Positions 12,235 to 25,200 are shown, counted from the first letter of the stretch. The stretch is DNA of 64,000 bases from Asterias rubens (GCF_902459465.1 NC_047070.1:1736001-1800000), one strand, 5' to 3'. Notes: generated by a model from the sequence alone, not told the origin. Numbers and translations are program-made.

Positions 12235-13623
12235 GTGGCTTCAATAAATTCAGCTCGGAGTATTCCTCGTTGTGCACAGCATCTTCAATCCAGTCTAAGC
12301 CACCCACCGAAGCAGCAGCAGCAACAGCAGCAGCAGTAGAGCCTCCTGCCGCCGTTGTCCCACCCTCACTACGCCTACAGCGTCTCACGAGGTGCGCCAC
12401 TGTACCTCTCGTACCAACCTCAGCGAATGAAACCTCAATACCAGCCCGTACCATCCCGATCCACACCGAGGGTGAACCGGTCCAGATCCTCCCTCATCTG
12501 TTTCTTGGGAACGCCTTCCACGCAGCTCGGCGAGACCTCCTTGAAGTCCATGGAATCACGGCTGTGCTGAACGTCTCTCGATGTGTTCCGAACTACTTCA
12601 TGAATGATGGCGCGATCACATACAAGAGCATACCTGTGGATGATGATAACGAGGCTGATCTGTTGTCATGGTTTCCTGATGCCATTGATTTCATAAGTAA
12701 GTTTGTCCACTAAAGCTAAAAGCAGGACAGTTCTTTTCAGAACTGAGAAGTCTCCCGGACCGAAAATCTACTCCGCGGTAGTAGAATGTAAAGCAAGACA
12801 AGTTGTCAAAAGAACAAAATCCACTTTGCATGCAAAATCTACTCCGCAGTAGTAGAAAAGCAAGTAGTCTCACACTCTACCTGTAGATACACACATGGTG
12901 TAACCACAAACCAAAACATTAATACCTCACCATGCAACTCCTCAAATTTCATTCATTCTAATCTGGGGGTTTTCAACCAAGAATGCAGCGAAAAAAGCTT
13001 GTCAGACACTTTCTGATCGGTACCATCCCCCAATGTATTCATCTAATACATTTTGGTACAACAACCCACTGTATCGTCACACTACCCATGCAAGAACACT
13101 GGAAGACAAATTCTTATTATTGGTTCTTTTTTGTTTATTCATTTGTTTAGATGCTGTCCAACATGCTGGTGGCTCTGTCCTGATTCATTGTCGAGCTGGT
13201 ATAAGTCGCTCAGCCACCGTCTGTCTCGCCTATCTCATGAAGGTTCAATCCATGCGACTAGAGGAAGCCTTTGAGTTCGTTCGCAGTCTCCGCAAAGTCA
13301 TCTCTCCAAACTTCTCATTCATGCTACAACTTCTGAAGTACGAGGCCGAACTGAAACAGCAGCGGGACAACCCCCTCCAGCTGCCGGGCAGAGACTGTCA
13401 GACGCCCCATGACTTTAGGAAGTCACTGCCGGTGCTTTTCCCCGGTGCCAGGAGGACCCGGAGTGCATCCCTCCCGTGTCTGGTCCCAGCCTCTGATAAA
13501 CCACGACACCAAGTGCCGCAGCCAAAATGTCCGTCCGTATTTAATTTTGCAATAGCGCCCTCTTGTGGTTGGCAACACCCTGACCATGGACAGGGCGCCA
13601 AACCAATTTGTTCGCCATCTTAG
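12235..13623 (+). CDS. DUSP1/4: MAP-kinase phosphatase, DUSP1/2/4/5 group; 5'-partial, join(12235..12696,13151..13623)
   Basis: ttccag|GT GGC TTC gives GGFNKF...PVQILPHLFLGNAFHAARRDLLEVHGITAVLNVS. Phase-1 intron ATA A|gtaagt...tttag|AT joins to VLIHCRAGISRSATVCLAYLM (HCxxGxSRS loop). C-terminal VFNF and SPS resemble DUSP1/4. No rhodanese/KIM exon recognised in the window. Confidence 0.93.
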
Positions 13624-13739
13624 GAACAGAGAGAGACAACCATTATAAGTAAATTGTATATTTTGTATATTGTATAAAAGTTGATGTGTTTAACTCAAGA
13701 GATAACTTATTCATGATATTTTTCACATTTTAAAGTCAG

Positions 13740-13745
13740 AATAAA
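13740..13745 (+). promoter_or_regulatory. candidate polyadenylation signal of the DUSP gene
   Basis: AATAAA about 117 nt after the TAG, followed by a GT/T-rich tract. A second AATAAA lies near 14893. Confidence 0.4.
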
Positions 13746-14966
13746 GTGTTTTGTATAAAACAGACCCAGTGTGATTGATAAAGTCAAAATCCAGTATTAT
13801 AAGATTAACTATAAGCTATTGTCACAAACAAGCTATTTTTATTTCCTAAACATGGTGTGAAGTGAGCGATTGTTAACAAATTTTGAAGTTTTTACAGTAA
13901 ATGTTATTATGTGGTTGTTTTTTAAGCTAGTTTTTAAATTTTTCACAATATACACCCACCCAAGTTCACATTCAGATCTGATCCAATGATAGTATATACT
14001 GTTTCCATCGACTATGCCATCGACCCTTCAAAATGACTGTATAATAATTATAGTAAGTATTCCTGACAACTCGGACCATTCAGACAGTCCCTGCTGCACT
14101 TATTTACAATGTGGAAATGTCAGTTTACACCAATCAATCAGCATTTTTTCAAACCGCTGTGTTGTTCTGTGAACTTTTACACTAAGTTCACTCATTTTCC
14201 CTGTCATAAAAACAGGGTCTATATACACGTAGCAGATTATTCGGGTCATAAAATGACATGAAAAAGATAGTTTTTTTTTTTCACAGCGAGTTTTCGAACA
14301 GTTTCGAACAGATGACAAGCAGGATACTATTTAGTCACAATGGTATGAAATGATATCTTGGATGGTTACCGTATTATAATAAGCTCTTTAAAATCAATAT
14401 ACCAGGGCCGTAAGCACCTCTTGTAACAGAGAGTGGCATTTTGAAGTAGAATATAACTTTATAACTTCATAATGTTGGGGAAGAAGGGCAAGACAATTTG
14501 GGCGGGCGCTTTGTTTACATCTCATTTTAATATTATTTACATCTTTGTTCCGTCGTGTATTTTTACAGTGAAAGTATTACCCTTTATTTATTTAAACCTA
14601 ATATAATTTTGTTGTTAAGGTTTTGTATGTATTTTGTGCAATTTGTTACACATTTATTATACATTTGTACACTATTTGTAAGAAACCAAGTCGACTTGCC
14701 ACTTTTGCTATATATGCCGTTTTTAAGCACGTTGTGACGTCATCAAGTTGGAGTGTTCCGGAGCTCCTGTTTTGTAAATTTTTTGTGTTTTATTAATTAG
14801 CAAAATATTCGTTTAATTTATGCTGAAAAGTGAGATTGTATTTTGATGTCGGCGGCTTTTTGATGCCGGCGACTGTTTCATGTTCCATTCAAAATAAACA
14901 TCGAATGTTAAAGTATTATTAACACTTTGACTCAATGGCCATTATTTCATGTCAATTACTTTTGAA

Positions 14967-15341
14967 AGACACTGGACACTATTGGTAAGTGTCAAAGACC
15001 AGTCTTCTCACTTGGTGGGTCTCAACATGCAATCACAAACCTGTGATAATTTGAGCTCATTTGGTCGTCGAAGTTGCGAGATAATGATGAAAGAAAAACA
15101 CCCTTGGCACACGAAGTTGTGTGCTTTCAGATGCTTGATTTAGAGACCTAAAATTCTAAATCTGAGGTCTCGAACTCTAATTCGTGGAAAATTTCTTCTT
15201 TCTCGAAAACTACTCCATTTCAGAGGGAGCCGTTTCACAATGTTTTATACCATTGACAGCTCCCCTTTAGGCCTACTCGTTACCCAGTAAGGTTTTATGC
15301 TAATCATTATTTTGAGTAATTACCAATAGTGTCCAGTGTCT
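14967..15341. mobile_element. family-A MITE
   Basis: AGACACTGGACACTATTGGTAA...CAATAGTGTCCAGTGTCT|ttaa. Confidence 0.85.
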
Positions 15342-17075
15342 TTAAGTGTTTCCTTTATTATTTATACTCGACCAATAGAGTCTCTGAACAAGTTATTAAC
15401 TTTGGGGGGGGGGGGTATATATCTCCAGTTAAATTTAGAATGACCTTTGCGTTGTTTACATTTTTCTGGCGGTTTATTAGGACAGTGCATGGTAGCCATT
15501 TTGCAGCCATCTTGAATTTCTTCCATTGGTATCAATGTTACCAAACCGAGGCTGGAAGAACAAAATAGTCTGGTTCCTATTTGCAAAATGGTTATTAGCA
15601 TTCATTATTGGTATTCGATACGATCGAGGAGTATGACCAATATGGAGGAAGCATGATAAAGGTCAATAGTTGTTAGACTGCATGCTGCAGGAATTACATT
15701 TACAAAGATGTGGGTTCGAATTATACAAGCTGCTGATCATCCAACGACTAGAATCAGCATTGGGCCCTACTGAATCACAGTTTCTTGATTTGTACAACTC
15801 ATTCATAGAAGCTAAACCAATGCTTGTATGAGAGAGATTGGCTGGTGCCAGCTTGGTGTTAAACTCCCTCGCGGGAGTTTGCCGAGTAGTTCCTTTGACA
15901 GGTGAAGATTTTCAATTGTAAACAAACGAACGCTCGTCCAAAATTTCAAATGACACACAATAATTACGATTCGAACTCCCCTGGTCACGAGAGGGCGCAA
16001 TAACATTAAGAAAGCCACTACTTCGGTCAAACCATGGAGTTCTTCCTCCGTGGTCAAACAAAAAAACGTATTTTGGGTTGTGCATAGAGACATGACATGT
16101 GCTGTGTAACGTTTGGAGAGAAATGTAGCCCATTTCACGTCAAGGTATTTTCAGCAAACTGCTGTTAGAAAAAACAAGGTTTGAACTTGCCCTTAACAAA
16201 CAGGGAATAATCAAACAACTACAACCGAGATCTAGTGACGTTTGAGTATTCGTATCTCATGCACGAGTAGACATACATGTTGTCTGTTGTATACACTCTC
16301 CCCCCCCCCCCCCCCCCGTCCACTCCCGCAACCATATACTCGACCTAAACGCCCTCTATGCCCCTACCATAGAGCTATATAAAAGTTCTTTTAAATAACA
16401 GCTCTATGACCCCCTACTAACAGCCGTTTGTCACACTTCTATATTCAACTCAAATTCTGATTATGGATATAGCTTTGTAGCCTGAACATCTGACGTCACG
16501 CTCGGTCGAGGCTCATGGGTTACCAGAAACCTTTCCCGTGGGCCTACGAATGCACCAGCAATTTCAAATTGAGATTCCACAGTAATTTATCAAACAAAAT
16601 ACTTGATGTACAATCATTACGGTGCAAAACAACATCGGACCAATCAAAACACATGGAAAGCTTATACGTCATTTTACGTTTATCCAATGAAATCATTGTA
16701 AAACAAGGGCCCAATTTCATAGAGCTGCTAAGCACACAAATTTGCTGAGCATGAAATTTTTGCCTTGAAAAAATCAGGATTACCAACCACATTTCCACGT
16801 GATTTTCAGGATCAGCAAACAACAGCTGAATACCAGTATCAAGCAATATGCAACAGATGGAAATTTGGTTGGTTATCCTGTTTTTATCAAGGAAGAAATT
16901 TCATGCTAAGCAAATTTTTGTACTTAGCAGCTCTATGAAATTGGGCCCAGGGGACCGATCTCGGAGTCTATAGAGGGCGCTATTTCATTTCGCTAATGTC
17001 GGAAGGAACTCTAACTCATTACTTATGTCCCGATTATTTGACTATGGGTTTTACAGTTACAACGAACCAGAGTTA

Positions 17076-17186
17076 GGCCGTGTCCGAAACGACGACTTCG
17101 GCTACAGCTACGTCTAGATCAGCGCGTCAACCAGTGTTGAAGAATAGGCAGTAGCTGTAGCCGAAGTCGCCGTTTCGGACACGGCC
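17076..17186. mobile_element. Tourist/Harbinger-like hairpin MITE; second copy 27140-27269
   Basis: 36-bp TIR with 1 mismatch, GGCCGTGTCCGAAACGACGACTTCGGCTACAGCTAC, flanks TTA / TAT. Confidence 0.8.
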
Positions 17187-17298
17187 TATGTCTCAATGGC
17201 TCCCACCATCAACAAGTAAGAATTCAAAAACTTGGGTACAACACGTGGAAGTTTTTTTGTATCTACTCGCCTATCTACGGAAGCGTATTGATGCCCTG

Positions 17299-17432
17299 AC
17301 ATGAATAAGAAAAACCCCTCTCTTATCGTGTTCGTATACTTCATCTTATCATGTACGTTCACGATCCAATTTTTACTTACTTTTTACTTATTGTGTACGT
17401 ACACGATAAGAGAGTTTGTTTTTTATTCATGT
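17299..17432. mobile_element. unclassified fold-back element
   Basis: ACATGAATAAGAAAAACCCCTCTCTTATCGTG is inverted to CACGATAAGAGAGTTTGTTTTTTATTCATGT. Confidence 0.6.
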
Positions 17433-18893
17433 GGCGGCAGTGTGCTTCCGTACCTTACCTATCAATTGCTGCGGTAAAAAAACAAGCATGGTTTTATTTT
17501 CACTATTGATTGGTGTTCTATGGAAATATAGGTCCATCACAACAACTGCATCATGAATTGTGTGAAAACGCCACCTATTGACTCTTCAATTTGGGTCAAA
17601 CTGTTGGATTCCGATACTGAAAGTACGAATCCATCACCAGGAACTTACTCATTATTGTGGATGATGGTAGCGAAGTGTTAACACCGTGTCCCGTCGATTA
17701 AAACAGTTAAAGCAAGAATAAATAACACCACAGAGACGCGGAATGGAACAAAACCAACATCTCCTATAACTCCAACTACAGTAAGTTGAACTAAAAATAA
17801 GCAAACTAATAAACCTAACAAGTCTGCAATTTTTTTCATTTTCTGCCTTCCTAAATCCGGATTTTTATCATCGTAAGTGAACAACGCAGTTCAAAATGTC
17901 TAGGCTTACTAGCACAACATAGGAAAGAACGTTCAGACCAAACCCAATTCTATTTTTTTTACCATAAAGCAAAACAAATTTCAGCCCAAACCTAACAACA
18001 TTTCAAAGTTTCTACTAGCAGAATATTAGAATGATGAACGTTTCGGTTTAAACCAAAATATCAAAATTTCTACTAGCATAACATTTGAATGAACAATACA
18101 GACCGAACCAATGGGTTGTCCACTTTTGGTCCTCCATAAAGTCACCGGTATTACGGAACTCACTAGATGGGTAGCGGTTGCATGGAAACAATTAAATGAT
18201 TAAAACAACTAAGAAAATTGAGTTCCTTATTGCAAAAACTTGGTTGGGTTCTTTGCTAACATATGCAGGTTCATTTTGTGCCGTTTTTGCGACTCAGTTT
18301 TGGGTTAGCGACTCCGGCGTAGCACTCGTCAGAATGATGACGGGACTTAATGGCAAAGTATCAGGGAGCGATTTCGTCCAAATATTTGTTTGCGTAGGAA
18401 AACTACTGTGCATTTTTTTTTTTTTTTTTTTACCGAAATCATACTTTTGTTAACTATATAGCAGTCCATACATTTTGCAATCAGAAGTTAAGAATTATTT
18501 TTAAATACTGCAGGTAATGTAAACCTGCGAACAGTATGGTTTCCACGCGGGAAATGCTGTGGTTGTGAATGCTGTCGTGTATTCTTCATTGGTAAAATAA
18601 AAATCCAAAAGTCACATCTCCCGGCATAAATCTGGGAACCGTTCGATTGTGCTAAATCATATATGGACATGAATGTAGATATCAAAAACTAACTGTGGAA
18701 GTTTCATTTCAAAAGGTAAAAGCATTTTCGATATATCGCCGAAAATTCTGGAGCGGATATTATTGTTCGGGAAGAATATAATCCGTAATATTGTAACGGA
18801 AACGGAACCAGACCACAATATTATGCAATAGATATCGGATGATCAAGGCAGGACCAGACTATTCTCTATGACGACATTTTCAGAGAAAGTTAA

Positions 18894-19573
18894 AGGCACT
18901 GGACTATCGGTATTTACTAAAAAATTATTGTTTCCATGAAAACTTATTGGCATAATACCTTTCTTGGTGACGAGTAATGGGGAGAGGTTGATGGTATCAA
19001 ACATCGTGAGAAACGGCTCCCTCTGAAGTGCCATAGTTTTCGAGAAAGAAGTAATTTTCCACGAATTTGATTTCAAGACCTCAGATTTAGAACTTGAGGT
19101 CTCGAAATCAACCATCTAAACGCACATAACATCATGTGACAGGGGTGTTTTTTTTTTCATTATCTCGCAAGTTCGATGACCGATTGAGCTCAAATTTTTA
19201 CAGGTCTGTTATTTTATGCATATGTTGGGATACACCGACTGTGAAGGCTAGTCTTTGACAATTACCAATAGTGTCCACTGCCTTTAACAAACAATATTGG
19301 ATAGAAATATATTGATAAAAAACATTGTGAGAAACGGCTCCCTCTGAGAACGTTTGGGAAAGAGGTAATTTCTCACTCGAATAAAATAAGACTTCATTTT
19401 ATAGGAATCTAAAAGCTCACAGCTGTGTGCAACATGGGTGTCCGCTTTCTTTCATTATTCTCTTGTAACTTCGATGACCAGTTGAGTCCGAATTTTCACA
19501 GTTTTTGTTATTCATGTTGGGATACACCAAGTGAGAATACTGGTCTTTGACAACCCAAAGGTGTCCAGTGCCT
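18894..19573. mobile_element. two family-A MITEs (18894-19283 complete; about 19300-19573 partial)
   Basis: TTAA-flanked TIRs and family-A body. Confidence 0.85.
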
Positions 19574-19825
19574 TTAAATCTCTTTCATTCCATGTCAAGC
19601 CAACTTTGCTGTACTCAAATATCAATGCATAATGCAAGATCATCACCATGCAACTGTTTTCTCCCCCACCCTAGCCTCCAGAATGTTAGGTAATACTACT
19701 CCCATCTATCAGCAAATGTTTCAATGAGAACATCTCAAGAAAGGTGTTGCAAGAGCATCCGGGAACAGAAAATGGCAAGGACCCAAACTCGTTAGCTACA
19801 TGTAGACCAGAACACATCAACAAAC

Positions 19826-21319
19826 ATGGCTGCTGAAACAACAGATTCAACTCGGGTGAAAAGAAATGATGTTTCAAATTCCACCAGCATGAACCAAACT
19901 TCGGAATACATGTCTGGAACTACACTTTCGGAGCAGCCGGATTTCTCCTCCTATAATACTACACCAATAATCAACACTACGTCCGGATTGTTTAATACCA
20001 CAAGCAACACTACTTCTGGGGTTTCGGAACCCACTGCTAGTGTATCTTCGTGGGTGCCTCGAGAGCCTAGCATTGATCTTCAGGTGATCATACCTCTTTG
20101 TGTGGCCACCGGAATTGTTTCTTTTATTATCATTGGTCTCTGCTGCTTCATGAAGATAAACGAGTATGTCAACTTTCTTTACTTGGGGGTTTTATTTCCT
20201 AACGAAATAAAGCATAAAGTGCAGATCGTTTTCCAGATGGGTAAAACATTCCATAAGAGATAATATTGTCACAATGTATAAACAAAGCTTAGGGATATCT
20301 TAAAATTATAATAAGTTATAATATTTATCATCATTATTATTATGATGATAAATATTTTAATTGGTTCAAAACCCTAATGAATTGTTCTTCAATTTACTTT
20401 CTGATATATTACAACTTCTGAAAACTATAAGTCTTTTGGTAACATTTAAACTCATTGCCAGAAAACGACTCATCGAACCTTAAATCCCAAATTAGCAATC
20501 GTGGCTGGAGTCCCATCTCAAAACAGTTTGCTAATGATCTTGGCGGTTAAGGTGCACCAGACTATTCTCACAGTAGACCACATAGAGACAACATAGCCCT
20601 ATCTAAAAACTACATTAAATGACTGATATTAATAGATTGAAACTTTCATCAGGGATAAAGAATATTAACTTTGGTACCCATATGCCTATACACCCACCGA
20701 TGACTGTGTGCTAGCACCGTATAATCAGTAGGGCCTACTTTCCTTAGCTCTGTGAAAAAAACCCGTATTTTTCTCATTTTTCTTTGCCAGTTTGATGCCG
20801 AGTTTCAGCCGTAGTAAAAGACGTTCTATGAATGTAAGAAGAAGACCAACTCCAACATCACAACCCAGACAAGAGGCTCCTGGTGACACAGTCTTACTGC
20901 ACAAACGGCACTCAGTATCAGCACCCAATCTATGCATGGTCCCATCCCACTCCTACCCAGCCTTTATCACCACAAACCAGAGAGTAATACAAATCCGACC
21001 TCCAGCCGAACGTGTCCCGAACACCACCGCACACTCAGACGATGACATTCATGCAGACATTCGATTGACCCAGAATAAGACATTTACTCAGAAGGGTCAA
21101 GTAGACGCTTACATGCTTGGACAAGAACTCAACATGGTGCCAACCAAACCAAACTCGATTGCGAGCAAAATATCGAACCCTCATCTCTATCAGAGTGTTA
21201 AGGCGGCTCAGAACATGAAGTCCTCTGATCATGGGCAATTTGCTTCGATTGGTAAACGGCGCTTAGCGCAGGCAAGAGTAGGTCAGGTACAGTTGACCCA
21301 ACTGTGGAATCAAAATTAA
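19826..21319 (+). CDS. orphan single-pass membrane glycoprotein, 288 aa; join(19826..20163,20791..21319)
   Basis: Good Kozak (aaacATGg). S/T-rich N-terminus with 6 NxS/T sequons, then TM segment LQVIIPLCVATGIVSFIIIGLCC. Donor GA|gtatgt and acceptor ttctttgccag|T match in phase 2 and join two ORF-track ORFs into one 867-nt frame. Confidence 0.72.
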
Positions 21320-21353
21320 GTGTTTTCAGATTGAATTCATAAGAAAATAGATT

Positions 21354-21516
21354 TAGCTGTTGCAAACAACTTATCAACCAAAAGAACCGATGGTATAAAG
21401 CTTTTAAAAAAATAGTTGATGGCCTGACGTTTCGATCCTATCAATGTCTCGAAGGATAAATATCCCTTCGAAAAAGCTTTCGAGAAAAACTGTGTTGGGT
21501 TGAAACGTCAAGCCAT
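21354..21516. mobile_element. Penelope-like remnant family J with an inverted pair of hammerhead-like motifs; copies 53593-53754 and 59709-59807
   Basis: Shared TAGCTGTTGCAAACAACTTA(T/C)CAACCAAAAG...GGTATAAA...GGCCTGACGTTTCGA at three loci. Confidence 0.65.
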
Positions 21517-21684
21517 TGTCTATTTTTTGCAGATTGAATTTAGGCATGAAAGTATAGCTTAAGTACAACACAAACTTGCCTATGCTCCCATTCACTCTCG
21601 GTGGTTAGAACAAAACGCTCTAATCTGTACATAGGTAAATCATACTGCATAGTTCCATATCACAACAGGTGGAATGCCGAATAA

Positions 21685-22050
21685 AGGCACTGGACACTAT
21701 TGGTAGCTACTACAATAATTGTTTGTTTAGCATAGTAACGAGCAACGGGGAGCTTTTGATAGTTTAAAACATTGTAAGAAACGGCTCTCTCTGAAGTAAC
21801 GTAGTTTTTGAGATAGATGTAAGTTCTCACGCAATTAATATTTTAACACCTCAGGCCTGACGCTTTTTGCTAGGCAATATGAAAGCACGCAAATTTGTGC
21901 AACAAGAGTGTTTTTTCCTTCATTAATCTCTTGCAAATTCAATGACCGATTAAGCCCAAATTTTCACAGGTTTGTTATTTTATGCAAATTTTGGGATACA
22001 CCAAGTAAGAATACTGGTCTTTGACAACTACCGAAGGTGTCCAGTGCATT
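21685..22050. mobile_element. family-A MITE; further partial copies about 22728-22910, 24300-24525, 25452-25485, 30385-30540, 31185-31503
   Basis: AGGCACTGGACACTATTGG start and GTGTCCAGTGC end. Confidence 0.8.
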
Positions 22051-23086
22051 AACATAAATTTGCCAGCTCCCATTCACTCTCGGTGGTTAGAACGAAACAC
22101 TCAAACTGTACATAGTAAAACGTACTGCATAAGTCATATCATAACATGGAGAATAACATATCATGTCAAGAAATAACTGAGCTGTATAAATACTAAACAA
22201 TGCTTGAGAAATGTAGTGCCTTTCCTTTCAAGACGTCTACGTTTTAAACATTGTTTTATTGCTTTAGGATTTTAAATGTAGGAGGAAAAATAGCCACAAA
22301 TAATCAAATAATCAGAGTATTATGTGCTCCACTTAATAAGTAAAGTACGGATCCAAAATGACATTGAGTTTACTGTAATCAATTAGAACCTTGTGAACTT
22401 GTTTATTGAGCACCTTAATTGATTCCATCAACTCCTTTTTTAATTTTCGCAATTATTTACAAAGTAATGCGTTATGAAAACAGCCGGGTTCAATAACAGT
22501 GTAAATAACAATTAAGTATTGATAGCTTCACACCGCTACATGTGTAGAATTTCCCACATTACTAGAAAACTTGGTTCATTGTAATCTCTGTATATTCTCA
22601 TCTCTTTCGCGTCACCAACCCATGACGTCATGCACAAGTGGGCGGGGCATCAGGGAGGAGGAAACTCTTAAAACCCAAACGTAGTGGGAATTTTGTTCTA
22701 AGGATATAGAGCCATTGCTTTTTGCTAAAGGCACTGGGCACTATTGGTATAGTTACTTAAAAAAAAATAGCAATGGAGAGCTGTTGATAGTAAACAACAT
22801 TATGAGAAACGGCTCCCTGTGAAGTAACATACAAAGGGGAAAAGGTAATGTCTCACTCAAATTTTAGAATACTTCAGGCCTGAAGCCTTTTATTGGGCAC
22901 CTGAAAACACACACATATTGAGGAGCTTCTTAAGTACAAAAAGCAGTAATATAAGCACAACAAAATTATGCTCAATAATATGTTACACGTTCAATTTGCG
23001 AGAGGTGCCCTTCTTAGTTATGCTTAGCAGAAATGAGAAAGTAATATTTGCTTCTCCTAAAAGTAATTTAGCCCAGAACAACTTAA

Positions 23087-23639
23087 AGTCACCTGGAAAT
23101 AGATTTTTGTTTTCTTTCAAACATAAGAGTATATGATTACGAACAATAAAACAATTTTTTTAGTAATTGTTTGTCACGATTTATATGTTTAAAAAATATA
23201 TAAAGTTGTTTGGGGGGCTGACTCCGCCTACCCCTTTTGTGACGTCAATCGAGGCAGACTTTGCCTGCAATGCGTGCATGTACGTCCAAGTCGTGAGTTG
23301 GTACATTTCAAAAAGTGTTTTTCTGCATTCAGCAGCAATACACCTGGTCGGCATTGCCGGGGGAAACAAAATAAAAATTCTTTTGAAACGTACAAAATCA
23401 CGACTTGGTCCGTACATGTACTTTGCAATTGTGTTTACTCTACGCATTACAGGCAAAGTCTGCCTCGATTGACGTGACGAACAGCGCCCTCTCGGGTCGG
23501 GGTCTACTCTTAAATTTATAAATAACATAAGAACTGATTTTTTAAAACCTTAGTTAACTGTTTATTCACATTCCAATCATCAAAACACATATATTAGTGC
23601 AAAAGCTTTATTTTGAAAAAATACCACTTCCAGGTGACT
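23087..23639. mobile_element. Kolobok-type non-autonomous element, family F
   Basis: ttaa|AGTCACCTGGAA...TTCCAGGTGACT|ttaa, with a long internal inverted repeat GACGTCAATCGAGGCAGACTTTGCCTG. Confidence 0.85.
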
Positions 23640-25006
23640 TTAAGTAATGTCCTTCGTAGAATCTGTGTAATTCTAGGCCTGTTTTTGCAATGGAGATCAC
23701 TTTACTTTTATTATAAGCAATTCGTCAGATACTAACTGGAAATTCCCTAAAAAGAAAAAGGAAAACGCAATTTGCAATGGCAATGTTTTCTGTTTCGGTT
23801 TTTATCACGAAGTTTCCCCTGTTCTGCCTCATGAGTAAAGCAGACTATACCGAAAGTAGGAAGTATGACACCAATTTAGCAGTGAAGATTCCATTCCGTG
23901 TGTTTTCTTAACTTAATCTCTTGAATCAACTTTCAACTTTTATGTGTTACACCGTTTTATAAAATGATTTCCGGATGAATTATAGAAACTATGAACCTAC
24001 ACATCAATGATGCTGATTTCTGAAACAACATTATTGTGGACTTATGATAACACACAATAAGTACGCAAGGTATGCAAGTCATGTTGACTTTATGTTTGTA
24101 TTATAACGATGTATTTACTGAAAGAGCGTAATAACGATGATATAAATAAAACACGGCCTACGCAAGGTAGCAATTCATGTTGACTTTATGTTTTTGTACA
24201 AATACATCGTTGTACGTATTTAACAGGGTTTGGATTCTTATAGATATCGATATTTATCACAATAAAATGTTTGATGTTTTCCCGATAATGTTGTTCTTAC
24301 TATGCAACATTGTTAGAAACGGCTCCCTATGAAGTAACGTGGTTTTTGAGAAAGAGGTAATTTCTGACTCAAAAGACTCATGAAGCCTTTTTAGGCATCT
24401 GAAAGCAGGAAGGTTAAAGGGTATTTTGGCAACTTCAATGACCGATATTGAGTCCAAATTTGTCAAGATTTGATATTGTATGCAACTATTGGGATACTGG
24501 TCTTTGACAATTACCAAAGGTGCCTTGAAACACAAAGGGTGGAATTAATAGAATGGAAAGGAGGATGTTTGTGTAAAGCTCAACAGGTTATTAGTAATTT
24601 CTTGCATGTTCGAGAAATGATACAAGATTCACAAAAATACTACCTTAGGTTTCTCAGTAATTTGCTTGTGTTTTTACATATTTTTTTGTTGTTCTCTTTT
24701 TATAACCATTGTATTGCTTTTTCTTGTAAATCTTTGATGTGCAATTTTTTAATACATGTATGTGTTTTTTTTCATGTTTGCTGGCAAATAAAATGAAATG
24801 AAATGAAATGAAATAGATAGTGAAGATAGTCCTAAAGGATTTTGTGCTCACATTGAGAAGCGTTGTGGCAAATCTGTGTTTGCTGTGTGCTAGTGTGCTT
24901 GTAAATGCTGGTTAATTAATGAGACTTTTGAAATGCTCTTGAGAACGTTCAGTTCAGGAATGGAGGTAGGGGGATTTCTACCTCCATGGTTCAGGCTCAG
25001 TCACAC

Positions 25007-25200
25007 GCTAGCCTGAACATCTGACGTCACACTTCGAGGCTCGTGAATGACTGCATGCAGGCAACCGAAAGAAAGCTTTCCATATCTGTGTTTTGATTGG
25101 TCCGAGGCGATGTTTGTCAGCCGCACCCACATCATCCCGACCAATCAGAACACAGATATGGAAAGCATACGTCACTGCACGTTCACCCAAATAAACTATT
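25007..25200. mobile_element. unclassified repeat family E; related start near 16480
   Basis: TAGCCTGAACATCTGACGTCAC at both loci; internal inverted repeat TTTCCATATCTGTGTTTTGATTGGTC / GACCAATCAGAACACAGATATGGAAA. Confidence 0.55.

Noticed and set aside
16298-16330. Poly-C/poly-G runs (also about 6580, 27975, 37295, 38085, 38965) as G-quadruplexes
   Set aside because: Simple homopolymers with no positional pattern or other support.
17678-17884. Minus-strand hydrophobic ORF MKKIADLLGLLVCLF...
   Set aside because: Hydrophobicity is expected from T-rich sequence; no supporting splice or poly(A) context. The + strand donor is better evidence.
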